Notes: generated by a model from the sequence alone, not told the origin. Positions 16,330 to 23,779 are shown, numbered from the stretch's first letter. The stretch: DNA of 25,269 nucleotides from a virus (IMGVR_UViG_3300017707_001156:1-25269); one strand, 5' to 3'. Made by a program: numbers and translations.

Positions 16330-17652
16330 CTACGCTTTGAACGTAGCGGTCGGCCTGTGAAAAGGAACGCCATCACAAATTGCCATACCTTCAGCGCGGC
16401 CTTTTAATTGGATTAACTGGGTGAAAATTGTTTCTTGTGACTGATCTCCGAAGGTTTGCTTGATTCCGTCGTGTTCACTTTTCCAGTTTATGGCCACCAC
16501 TCGGCTTGCTTCGCACTCAATCGAACCTGATTCACGCAAATCAGACAGCATTGGGGCGCGGTTCTCCTTTTCCGTAAGGCGTGACAATTGAGCTAATGCG
16601 ATGACTGGGCAAACATCATTTGCAAGGTCTTTGAGAGTTCGACAAAATCGGCCCAGTGCGACGTCTCGCGTTTCTCCCTTTTGCTGTTCTGGATCATATA
16701 TTTGAAGGTAGTCAATGAAGATTGCGACAGGCTTTTTCTTTAAGCATTGAGCTTTTACCCGTGCAACAATTTGCGTTAAGGTGCGATCACGGTCAAACAC
16801 TTTAAGAGACGTATTGGCTTTAACCTCCTTTAAGGACTCAATCAGTTCGCCAACGTCTTTCTTGTGCAAGCGTCCATTGCGAGCCTCGCGCCATGAGTGA
16901 CCACAAAGCGATTGAGCGAAAAGAGGTGGAAGTTCACTGACTGGCATTTCACGACTAAAAAGCATTACTTCTCCGTATATTTTCGACCAATGCCAAGCGA
17001 GCTGCCTCGCAACAGATGATTTACCCTGAGATGGACGGGCTGCAATGATTACGAGTTCCCCATTCTGGATGGGCCCTAGCCACCGATTAGCCTCTTTCCA
17101 AGGCCAAGGCATACCGTTGTCGCCTTCACGAATTTCACCGCTTAAAACACGTTTAAGGCGCGATTCAATGTCGTCACAAGAGTCGGCAAGGGTTAAAGTC
17201 TTTTCAAGGCCGTCTCTAATTTTAAGACATTCCTCGATTGACGTAGTTAGTTGCGCCATGTCGCCCGTGTAATCACGGGCAGCTTCAATGAAGCTGTGAG
17301 ACCTCTTAATGATCTCACGCAGCATTAAAAGCTCCTGAAGCTTGTCAATAGCATGGCGTGTTCCTGATGTGGTCGGAACTTTTTGTGTTACGTTAAGCAG
17401 GTGCTCAATTCCGCCAACCTGTGCCAGTTTGCCTTTCTCTGTTAAGGCGGCAACAATTGCGTCGTGTTCTAGTGGTGTGCCACGCTTAAAAGCCCACAGA
17501 AAGGTTTTCCATAAGAGCTTGTTCCGTTCGTCAAAAAATGAGTCTTCACAAACTTTCTTGTCGAGGGCAATTTGCATTGTCTCGATTCCGTCTAACAAAA
17601 TCGAGGCTATAACTGTCTCCTCCGCTTGTGATGAATTTGGTAATGGCTTCAT
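16330..17652 (-). CDS. dnaB: DnaB-like replicative helicase
   Basis: N-terminal LPNSSQAEETVIASIL domain, Walker A AARPSQGKS, Walker B IFIDYLQ, LAQLSR and LSDLRESGSIE. Confidence 0.95.
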   Translation of the reverse strand: MKPLPNSSQAEETVIASILLDGIETMQIALDKKVCEDSFFDERNKLLWKTFLWAFKRGTPLEHDAIVAALTEKGKLAQVGGIEHLLNVTQKVPTTSGTRHAIDKLQELLMLREIIKRSHSFIEAARDYTGDMAQLTTSIEECLKIRDGLEKTLTLADSCDDIESRLKRVLSGEIREGDNGMPWPWKEANRWLGPIQNGELVIIAARPSQGKSSVARQLAWHWSKIYGEVMLFSREMPVSELPPLFAQSLCGHSWREARNGRLHKKDVGELIESLKEVKANTSLKVFDRDRTLTQIVARVKAQCLKKKPVAIFIDYLQIYDPEQQKGETRDVALGRFCRTLKDLANDVCPVIALAQLSRLTEKENRAPMLSDLRESGSIECEASRVVAINWKSEHDGIKQTFGDQSQETIFTQLIQLKGRAEGMAICDGVPFHRPTATFKA

Positions 17653-17702
17653 TTATTCGCTGTTGTGTATGTTTTCTATGTTTCCTAGCAGTACTTAAGG
17701 AA

Positions 17703-17909
17703 TCAACCCATGATTGACCCGTTATGGTACTGAATTGGCTTATGTTTTTCAATGTCAAGAAAAGCGTAGCAAATTTGGTCTTCATCCCAGAGCGATTGGG
17801 CGTGTGGAGTTTGGTCGCTGCCGCTTGTGCGGAATATCCAGCGGCAGCATTGATAGCGGGTGTCACATGATGCGTTGTGGCATCGGCATATATCGTTTGG
17901 TAATGTCAT
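17703..17909 (-). CDS. Small Cys-rich phage protein
   Basis: DICRC..C..CCRW...C pattern, likely metal binding. Confidence 0.7.
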   Translation of the reverse strand: MTLPNDICRCHNASCDTRYQCCRWIFRTSGSDQTPHAQSLWDEDQICYAFLDIEKHKPIQYHNGSIMG

Positions 17910-17994
17910 GTTTTTTTACAATCGTTATGGGGTCTTGAACCCATAAACAAAAAGTCCACTTGTTTACGGGTTTGCAGGATTTATGGATGCCTAA

Positions 17995-18082
17995 GTTGAA
18001 CCGTGAATTGCTTACCTTTTTCCAGTTTAGACGGGGTGTTATCAGCCTATCTGGAAGAAGTTGAGGCTAGTTCACGTTGGGC
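17995..18082 (+). repeat. Long imperfect hairpin closing on AAC/GTT (attC-like or target site)
   Basis: Pairings AAC/GTT, GTGAATT/AGTTCAC, GCTT/AGGC and CTTTTTCCAG/CTGGAAGAAG; ends in GTTGGGC. Confidence 0.55.
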
Positions 18083-18587
18083 AAGGCGGAATCACGGGCG
18101 GCGGTGCTTGTCTTGGAGCGCATGGTATTTGTTTACCATATTTAGATACTCCTCATTCTTTTTACGAAGGGCATATTCAAGCCGCTCAATCTCTCGCTTG
18201 GCCACATCATTAGACTTCTTGGCCACCTCGCGCCATGCCCAATCAAGTCCATTACGAGCTGTAGGAGATGCGATATATGACGATCCTGCGCTACACACGT
18301 TCTCCGTCCATCTGTCTATTATTTGAGCGGTTACATGCTTCAGTATATCATCATCACATGACAAGCTCTCAACCATTTTTATCTTTGACTCAGCATCAAC
18401 TGACTGAAGCATATCGTGCAAATCTAACACCAACTCTCCGGCATTGTATTTTATTGTCATAAGTAAATTCGTTAAAGTTTATATCGGAACCAAAACCACA
18501 TACAGCCCAACCAGTCGCTACAGCGAATAGCCCGCAACGTCGCTCATGGTTCGGCTAGTTTCAGTGGGCTATCGCTGAGCTTGGGCG
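18077..18587 (+). mobile_element. Integron-type gene cassette with inverted ORF
   Basis: Starts at G^TTGGGC (18076/77), complementary to its own R'' GCCCAAC; contains one ORF; ends at the attC crossover G^TT (18587/88). Confidence 0.75.
18092..18460 (-). CDS. Hypothetical protein (cassette-borne, C-terminal coiled coil)
   Basis: 122 aa; fits neatly between the two GTTGGGC core sites. Confidence 0.75.
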   Translation of the reverse strand: MTIKYNAGELVLDLHDMLQSVDAESKIKMVESLSCDDDILKHVTAQIIDRWTENVCSAGSSYIASPTARNGLDWAWREVAKKSNDVAKREIERLEYALRKKNEEYLNMVNKYHALQDKHRRP

Positions 18588-18593
18588 TTGGGC
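18505..18593 (+). mobile_element. Integron attC recombination site (89 bp)
   Basis: R'' GCCCAAC, 5 nt spacer, L'' GCTACAGC with extrahelical A, second extrahelical A, 9 bp stem, L' GCTGAGC, 6 nt spacer, R' GTTGGGC. Confidence 0.88.
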
Positions 18594-18808
18594 AGAAACG
18601 GAGCAGCCATCAGAAACTCGCGACGGTCTTCTGAGATTGGCTGTCCCATTCGTGCACTGTATTTCATTTCTGCTATGCACGCAGCCAGTGCCGTTTTCAT
18701 ACCTATGTTCTCGCGCTCAAGCTCGCGGGCGAAGTTCACGCCTACGCATCGTCCCAGTCCAGTGATTGCCTCGCGTTCTTCTGCATCAGTTCTCGGTGTG
18801 TCGCTCAT
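18569..18808 (-). CDS. Phage hypothetical protein (MSDTPRTDA...FARELERE type)
   Basis: Recognisable N-terminal motif of a common small phage protein type; C-terminus encoded by the attC site. Confidence 0.8.
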   Translation of the reverse strand: MSDTPRTDAEEREAITGLGRCVGVNFARELERENIGMKTALAACIAEMKYSARMGQPISEDRREFLMAAPFLPNAQAQR

Positions 18809-19077
18809 TTCTTTCCTTTCGCCTTAATCCCAATCGCGGCGAGGGCTGCGTGGGCTATTTTCTCTGCCGTGAAATGCTCTGCCATATCTTCCCACTCTTT
18901 CTCAATCTGCCCGACCATGCGTTCGACGCTTTCGGCGTCGGCGGGCAGGAGGAAGACGGAATTGACCGCATACGGGGAGAATCCGGCGTAATAAACGGCT
19001 GACTCTTTCTTTGGGTACAGCACGCAGGTATTTCTCCCGCGCCAGTATTTCCGCGCCTTCACTTTTTCTATTTTCAT
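18805..19077 (-). CDS. Hypothetical protein (MKIEKVKARK...)
   Basis: Start reassigned to ATG 19077 after an AAACAACACAAACAAAT leader; ATGA overlap downstream. Confidence 0.7.
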   Translation of the reverse strand: MKIEKVKARKYWRGRNTCVLYPKKESAVYYAGFSPYAVNSVFLLPADAESVERMVGQIEKEWEDMAEHFTAEKIAHAALAAIGIKAKGKK

Positions 19078-19100
19078 ATTTGTTTGTGTTGTTTGTTTAG

Positions 19101-19352
19101 CTAACGACGCCATTCAAGTGCCCTCTTACGTCCTAACGCAAGAAAAATCTGCGTCTGATGCGAACAAATCGTTCTTTCTTTACTAGGCCAAGCTGCAAAT
19201 GGTTGATTAGCCCTACGTTTAGGAGCGCAGCGAAATATGTCATCCCTGCAAGTGCAGGTGGACGTTAAGGCGTTAACCGTGTATTCCCCCTCACCTGATG
19301 CACTCTTAACGTAGAAAATCCAAGGTGCTTCTCCTTGTCTTGAAGTGTTCAT
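19101..19352 (-). CDS. SWIM-type zinc finger protein
   Basis: EYTV..CTC...CSH (CxC-xn-CxH). Confidence 0.8.
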   Translation of the reverse strand: MNTSRQGEAPWIFYVKSASGEGEYTVNALTSTCTCRDDIFRCAPKRRANQPFAAWPSKERTICSHQTQIFLALGRKRALEWRR

Positions 19353-19503
19353 TGATTAGTTTTTTAAGTTCATCCTCATTCGTCCATTTCCCGTTTTCAT
19401 CCTGCCAGAAGTGCGGATTTTCGTTGGGTGTAGAGACGATTCCACAATAGGAGAAACCCAGTTCTGATGCGGCGTAACGCTCAATCTCGTTAAGTGTGCT
19501 CAT
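19306..19503 (-). CDS. Hypothetical protein
   Basis: 65 aa; ATGA overlap with the thyX stop. Confidence 0.65.
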   Translation of the reverse strand: MSTLNEIERYAASELGFSYCGIVSTPNENPHFWQDENGKWTNEDELKKLINEHFKTRRSTLDFLR

Positions 19504-20120
19504 AGCTTAAAAGCCTCAAGCGTTGCTTTGAACGGGTTTCCTTCGATGCTTTTCACTAGGTCAAGCATATTCGCAGCTATGTCCCTAATTTCCTTTTGTG
19601 CCGTAGGCTTATTGCGAAGACCAAGGAAATGCACGAAGGAGCGGAAGTTGAAACTAACGTCCAAGGTCAGCTGGTTAGCGTAAGGCAAGAAGAATCGCGC
19701 ACTCTCTTTAGCCCTAGCGCGGCCTAAGATTGGAGTTAAGCGTGCAAGCGTGGCGTGGTACAGCTCATTAGACGCCAAGCAATGCGTTTTAAGGGCATTT
19801 TGAATGTCGATAGGCCAGTCGGATGGGATTAGTGCTGTTGGCTCCTTAAACTCCTTGTAGCGGGCCGACTCGCCATTGCAACTTACGCCCACCCTGTGTT
19901 TGAGCAAATGTGTGTGCGCACTTTGATCGCATCGCACAAGAAAATGAAGCATTGACTTCTCGAAAGGCGTATGGTGTCCGGCCTCTGCTAGCTGGTTCAA
20001 GAGTGCTGGGATGCGTTCACGCTTCTTAGCGTCCAGCTCTCGGCTAGTGCTAGTCCATGCGCTGAGCGCGTGAATCTCATCGTTGCCGTAATGTCCAATC
20101 AATTCTACTGTGTTATTCAT
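19500..20120 (-). CDS. thyX: Flavin-dependent thymidylate synthase
   Basis: GHHTPFE, KHRVGVSCNGESARY (ThyX motif variant), KESARFFLP, NFRSFVHFLGLR and AQKEIR; start reassigned to ATG 20120. Confidence 0.93.
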   Translation of the reverse strand: MNNTVELIGHYGNDEIHALSAWTSTSRELDAKKRERIPALLNQLAEAGHHTPFEKSMLHFLVRCDQSAHTHLLKHRVGVSCNGESARYKEFKEPTALIPSDWPIDIQNALKTHCLASNELYHATLARLTPILGRARAKESARFFLPYANQLTLDVSFNFRSFVHFLGLRNKPTAQKEIRDIAANMLDLVKSIEGNPFKATLEAFKL

Positions 20121-20166
20121 TTCTTTGGGTTTGTGCTTGCTTTTGGTGTTTTCTCCTCTGTCAACC

Positions 20167-20194
20167 GTAACAAAAACTATGCCTTTTTTGTTAC
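20167..20194. promoter_or_regulatory. 28 bp inverted repeat upstream of thyX (operator candidate)
   Basis: GTAACAAAAA-CTATGCCT-TTTTTGTTAC, perfect 10 bp arms. Confidence 0.6.
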
Positions 20195-20212
20195 AAAAGT
20201 AAACAGTCAAGT

Positions 20213-20395
20213 CTAAAAAGACCTAGTTTTTTTAATTAGTGCTTTCCATGCTGCTTTAGACTCAGGCGATCCATAGCCATATTTGCGCTTGACTTCACTG
20301 AAAGCGTCAAAAGCACGCTTGCTTTCTCTTTCGAGAAACAACTCATTTTTAGTCTTGCTTTTCGTTACTTCACTTATGCGTCTTACGTTAATCAT
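20213..20395 (-). CDS. Small basic hypothetical protein
   Basis: 60 aa ORF in operon orientation. Confidence 0.6.
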   Translation of the reverse strand: MINVRRISEVTKSKTKNELFLERESKRAFDAFSEVKRKYGYGSPESKAAWKALIKKTRSF

Positions 20396-20409
20396 TTTAT
20401 TTCATGTGT

Positions 20410-20886
20410 TTACCAAACAATCGGCTTGTTTTTGATTACACTGGAAGCGTCGCTCCTAGCGTCGCTAGTAGCGTACCCCCTAGCGTCTAGTTCTATTCTC
20501 TTCTGTTCTATTCCTTTCTCTTCTGTTCTTTTCGATTCGGTTCCCTTCGGTTCTTTCTGGTTCGCTTCCTTCTTCTTCTCTCCATTTGCCCAAGCGGAAC
20601 GGAGCTGCTTATTCCACTCTTCCCAAGCTGGCATAGAATAGCAGTCATTGCCCAAAGGAATCAGCCAAGAGCCAATTAAGGCATCCCATAGCAGTTCCGT
20701 GTCAATGTCTCCAACTAGATCACAAACACGCACCAAAGCCGACGCATTTGCCAGCTTGATGCTGTTCTCTCGCCTAAGCTGAATAGTTGTCCCTAGGGAA
20801 ACAATTGCGTGCATGGCAACTGGGCCAATTTTCTCACGCAAATCCATAAAATCCGCATCGCGGGTAATGTAAGCAGGTAACATCAT
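20410..20886 (-). CDS. Putative replication initiator / replisome organiser
   Basis: Winged-helix-like N-domain ending in WEEWN, then a periodic K/R/E linker (KGTESKRTEEKGIEQKRIE) and internal DNA repeats; heads the operon containing dnaB. Confidence 0.65.
   Translation of the reverse strand: MMLPAYITRDADFMDLREKIGPVAMHAIVSLGTTIQLRRENSIKLANASALVRVCDLVGDIDTELLWDALIGSWLIPLGNDCYSMPAWEEWNKQLRSAWANGEKKKEANQKEPKGTESKRTEEKGIEQKRIELDARGYATSDARSDASSVIKNKPIVW
20445..20487 (+). repeat. Four 12 bp-period repeats (TAGCGT core), iteron-like
   Basis: AAGCGTCGCTCC, TAGCGTCGCTAG, TAGCGTACCCCC, TAGCGTC. Confidence 0.75.
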
Positions 20887-21013
20887 GGTGAATTGACCTC
20901 CGGCAGTAGTACCAGTACCACCGGAGGAATGAACAATTCACACCTGCACCTAGGGCAATTACTCCTAGGTAAATTGATTTTTCGGGAGGCTGGTACACCC
21001 CAAAGTGACGCCA

Positions 21014-21041
21014 ACAATCTACCATTTCGTGCAACCGTCAA
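21014..21041 (-). promoter_or_regulatory. Putative promoter of the replication operon
   Basis: TTGACG-16 nt-GATTGT in the divergent intergenic region. Confidence 0.4.
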
Positions 21042-21240
21042 GTGGCAGAACGAAACAAAGATTGATCGTAAGTAGTTGGTATTACGCACTTGAACTAAAT
21101 GTTGAAAAAATGTGCTCGTATTTTCAACAGGCACAATGCACGTTCTTTTTCGTTGAGTGACGGCGACCACGTATAAACGCCCTCTGTCCTAGCCAGCAGG
21201 ACACGAAACAAAGCTGGCACAAACATCAAACACAACACAC

Positions 21241-21522
21241 ATGACCGAACAAGTACAACTAAACGTAGAACAGGAAGCATTCCTAGCCTACCAAGCAGCC
21301 GCAACAAATCGGCTTGAATCCAGCAACAAGATCACCGAGGCGTTCAATGCCTACATTGAGGCATCCAAGGCGGCTTCTACTGCCTATGATGAGTATATCC
21401 GTATTACCGCTGCCTCAACTGCGGCTTATGCGGCTTACACGGCCCTAACTAAGGCTAATGATGCAGAGTTTGAGCGCACCAACGAACTGTACAACGAGTG
21501 GGTAAAAGTAAGGGGCTACTAA
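21241..21522 (+). CDS. Ala-rich helical hypothetical protein
   Basis: 93 aa; AC-rich leader; internal approximately 14 aa periodicity (AY/AASTAY). Confidence 0.75.
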   Translation: MTEQVQLNVEQEAFLAYQAAATNRLESSNKITEAFNAYIEASKAASTAYDEYIRITAASTAAYAAYTALTKANDAEFERTNELYNEWVKVRGY

Positions 21523-21523
21523 C

Positions 21524-21763
21524 ATGAGCGAAACACCATACCAACGCTTGCAGCAAACCGCTAATTGGGCAGCAACGCAAACTGATCGCCGCGAGGTGTC
21601 CATTAACAAGGATGATCTGTTCTGGCTTCTTGAAGAGCTTACCAAGTGGGAGATCGTCAAGGGTTCCGACTTCGACCTATCCGACGAGCTTCAAGTTGAC
21701 GCAGATTTGCAGCACGATCTCCAAACTGAGTCTCGTTCTTGGCTACAGGAGGTAATTGAATGA
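21524..21763 (+). CDS. Acidic hypothetical protein
   Basis: 79 aa, coupled to both neighbours. Confidence 0.7.
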   Translation: MSETPYQRLQQTANWAATQTDRREVSINKDDLFWLLEELTKWEIVKGSDFDLSDELQVDADLQHDLQTESRSWLQEVIE

Positions 21764-22098
21764 ACGATCAAATCGAAAGCCTGTTTGCCTTTCTGCAATC
21801 GGAAAAGGTCAAGAAAAAGTACGAGCTTTACCGCAACGGAGGCGGAGTGGCCAATTCAAGCTACCAGCCAAAATGCGGAACTGGATTTCGTATTACCGAT
21901 GATGAGAGGAATACGATCAAGGAGAAATACAACGCAATGGTGCCAATCTTCTCAATTGCGGAGGAAATTGGACGTTCACCGGATTCAGTTAGAAATGTTC
22001 TAAAAAAAGCTGGACTCTACGACAAAAGCCGTGAAGTCTTGCAGGGGCAAATGAAGGGTTACACAAAAACAAAAACTGTCAGAGTAGAAATTAAATAA
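21760..22098 (+). CDS. Helix-turn-helix DNA-binding protein
   Basis: ITDDERNTIKEKY..PIFSIAEEIGRSPDSVRNVL. Confidence 0.8.
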   Translation: MNDQIESLFAFLQSEKVKKKYELYRNGGGVANSSYQPKCGTGFRITDDERNTIKEKYNAMVPIFSIAEEIGRSPDSVRNVLKKAGLYDKSREVLQGQMKGYTKTKTVRVEIK

Positions 22099-22099
22099 C

Positions 22100-22906
22100 A
22101 TGGGACACTATTACAATTTAGACGGGGACGCTTGCCACACGCAGCCCACCAAGGCCGGATCTAAAAACAAGACACGCCCAACTACGGTGGCCGACGCACG
22201 CAAGCTCAAGTTGCTGCCTAGCGTCACGACCGTGTTTGACGTTATCAGCAAGCCATTCTTGACCGAGTGGCAGATCAAGGAAGCACTCAAGGTAGCTTAC
22301 GGTTGCCCTGCTGGGGTTTTCGAGAACGAAGACGAGTGGATTTCATACGTCCGCTCAAAAGCAAGCGAACAGGTGGGCATGGCAGCCGACCTTGGCACAA
22401 ATGTCCACAAGGCTATAGAAATGGCCTTAAACACGCAGGAATGGGCACAGGAACTCAAGTCTTACGTCCTGCCAACACTGGATATTGTTCGTTCAATGAA
22501 CATTAACGAGCAAATCAGCGAATCAGTCACAGTTAATTCAGAGATTGGCTATGCTGGATGCGTTGACCTTTCTGGATGGATGAAAGACGCAGAGAGCATG
22601 GTGGAAATTCCAACAGTTCCTGTTATTGTTGACTTCAAGACAAAGAAAACTAAGGCGGGCGAAAAGATTGACGTTAGCGAAACCTATCCTTGGCAGCTCG
22701 CAGCCTACCACGTTTCCAAGTTTGGTAAAGGCCAGCGTGAACTTCATCCATTGGCTAAAGCGTGCAACATTTACATATCTAGCACAGAACCGGGGCGAGT
22801 TGAAGTAAAGTGGTATGACAAGGACGAATTAGATGATTCATTTGAGTGCTTTAAGGCTTGCCATAAATTGTGGTGCCTAAGAAACAAATATATCTTAAAC
22901 AAATGA
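22100..22906 (+). CDS. PD-(D/E)XK exonuclease (RecB/Cas4-like phage recombination nuclease)
   Basis: LPSVTTV, GTNVHKAIE, GYAGCVDL, IVDFKT and QLAAY motifs. Confidence 0.9.
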   Translation: MGHYYNLDGDACHTQPTKAGSKNKTRPTTVADARKLKLLPSVTTVFDVISKPFLTEWQIKEALKVAYGCPAGVFENEDEWISYVRSKASEQVGMAADLGTNVHKAIEMALNTQEWAQELKSYVLPTLDIVRSMNINEQISESVTVNSEIGYAGCVDLSGWMKDAESMVEIPTVPVIVDFKTKKTKAGEKIDVSETYPWQLAAYHVSKFGKGQRELHPLAKACNIYISSTEPGRVEVKWYDKDELDDSFECFKACHKLWCLRNKYILNK

Positions 22907-23733
22907 ACGAAACACACATAATTAGCCTTGGTGCTGGCGTCCAATCTAGCTGTATGGCATTGATGGCAGCTAAAGGAGAAATAGGGCCAATGCCAGTAGC
23001 TGCAATTTTTGCAGATACACAAGCAGAGCCACGAAGCGTATATGACTGGCTAGATTGGCTTGAGACGAAATTGCCATTTCCTGTGTATAGAGTTACACAA
23101 GGATCATTGACTGAAATGAGCCTATCAACTAAAATAAATAAAAAAACCGGAAGTGCATATCTTCGGAATATGATTCCTGCCTATACATTAAATCCAGATG
23201 GAAGTAAAGGACTTCTAGGTAGAGACTGCACTAGCGATTTTAAGTTGAAACCGATATTTAGAAAGCAGAAAGAAATCGCTAAAGTGGTCAGAGGACAAAA
23301 GCACGCATCTGTAGTATCTTGGATCGGAATTAGTTTAGATGAGTACTCTAGGATGAAGCCGTCTCAAGTAAAATGGTCTAAATCTCGTTGGCCACTAATT
23401 GAGAAAGAAATGACTAGACATGATTGCTTGCGTTGGATGGAAAAAAACGGATACCCAAAACCACCAAGAAGCGCGTGTATTTACTGCCCTTTTCATTCAA
23501 ATCATGAGTGGCGCAGATTAAAGAAAGATGAGCCAGAAGAATTTAAAAAAGCAGTAGAGTTTGAGAAAAACCTGCAAGTGCTTCATTTAAACCATACTGG
23601 AAAAGGAAAAATTAAATCAATACCATATCTACATAACTCCATGGTTCCAATTAGCGACATTGATTTTGATGAAGATTTAACTCAAGGAAATTTTGCATTT
23701 ATCAATGAATGCGAGGGTATGTGTGGAGTTTGA
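22903..23733 (+). CDS. PAPS-reductase-like adenine nucleotide alpha-hydrolase (PP-loop) protein
   Basis: ISLGAGVQS PP-loop variant, IFADTQAE, WIGISLDE, PPRSACIYCPFHS and C-terminal ECEGMCGV; ATG 22903 overlaps the upstream TGA. Confidence 0.85.
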   Translation: MNETHIISLGAGVQSSCMALMAAKGEIGPMPVAAIFADTQAEPRSVYDWLDWLETKLPFPVYRVTQGSLTEMSLSTKINKKTGSAYLRNMIPAYTLNPDGSKGLLGRDCTSDFKLKPIFRKQKEIAKVVRGQKHASVVSWIGISLDEYSRMKPSQVKWSKSRWPLIEKEMTRHDCLRWMEKNGYPKPPRSACIYCPFHSNHEWRRLKKDEPEEFKKAVEFEKNLQVLHLNHTGKGKIKSIPYLHNSMVPISDIDFDEDLTQGNFAFINECEGMCGV

Positions 23734-23741
23734 TTTACTTC

Positions 23742-23769
23742 TTGACATGACGGAAAAATGAGCAATTAT
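23742..23769 (+). promoter_or_regulatory. Putative sigma70-like promoter
   Basis: TTGACA-16 nt-AATTAT, 10 nt before ATG 23780. Confidence 0.55.
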
Positions 23770-23779
23770 TTACGTCGAA

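Noticed and set aside
19094-19180. Additional attC closing the GC-rich block (GCTAAC, TCCTAAC)
   Set aside because: No matching L boxes or GTTRRRY at a suitable distance; lies in or next to the SWIM coding region.
20834-21307. Several overlapping ORFs in the divergent control region
   Set aside because: Non-ATG starts, mutually overlapping and coincident with hairpins and promoters; a short minus-strand ORF ending at 20883 (ATGA overlap) cannot be fully excluded.
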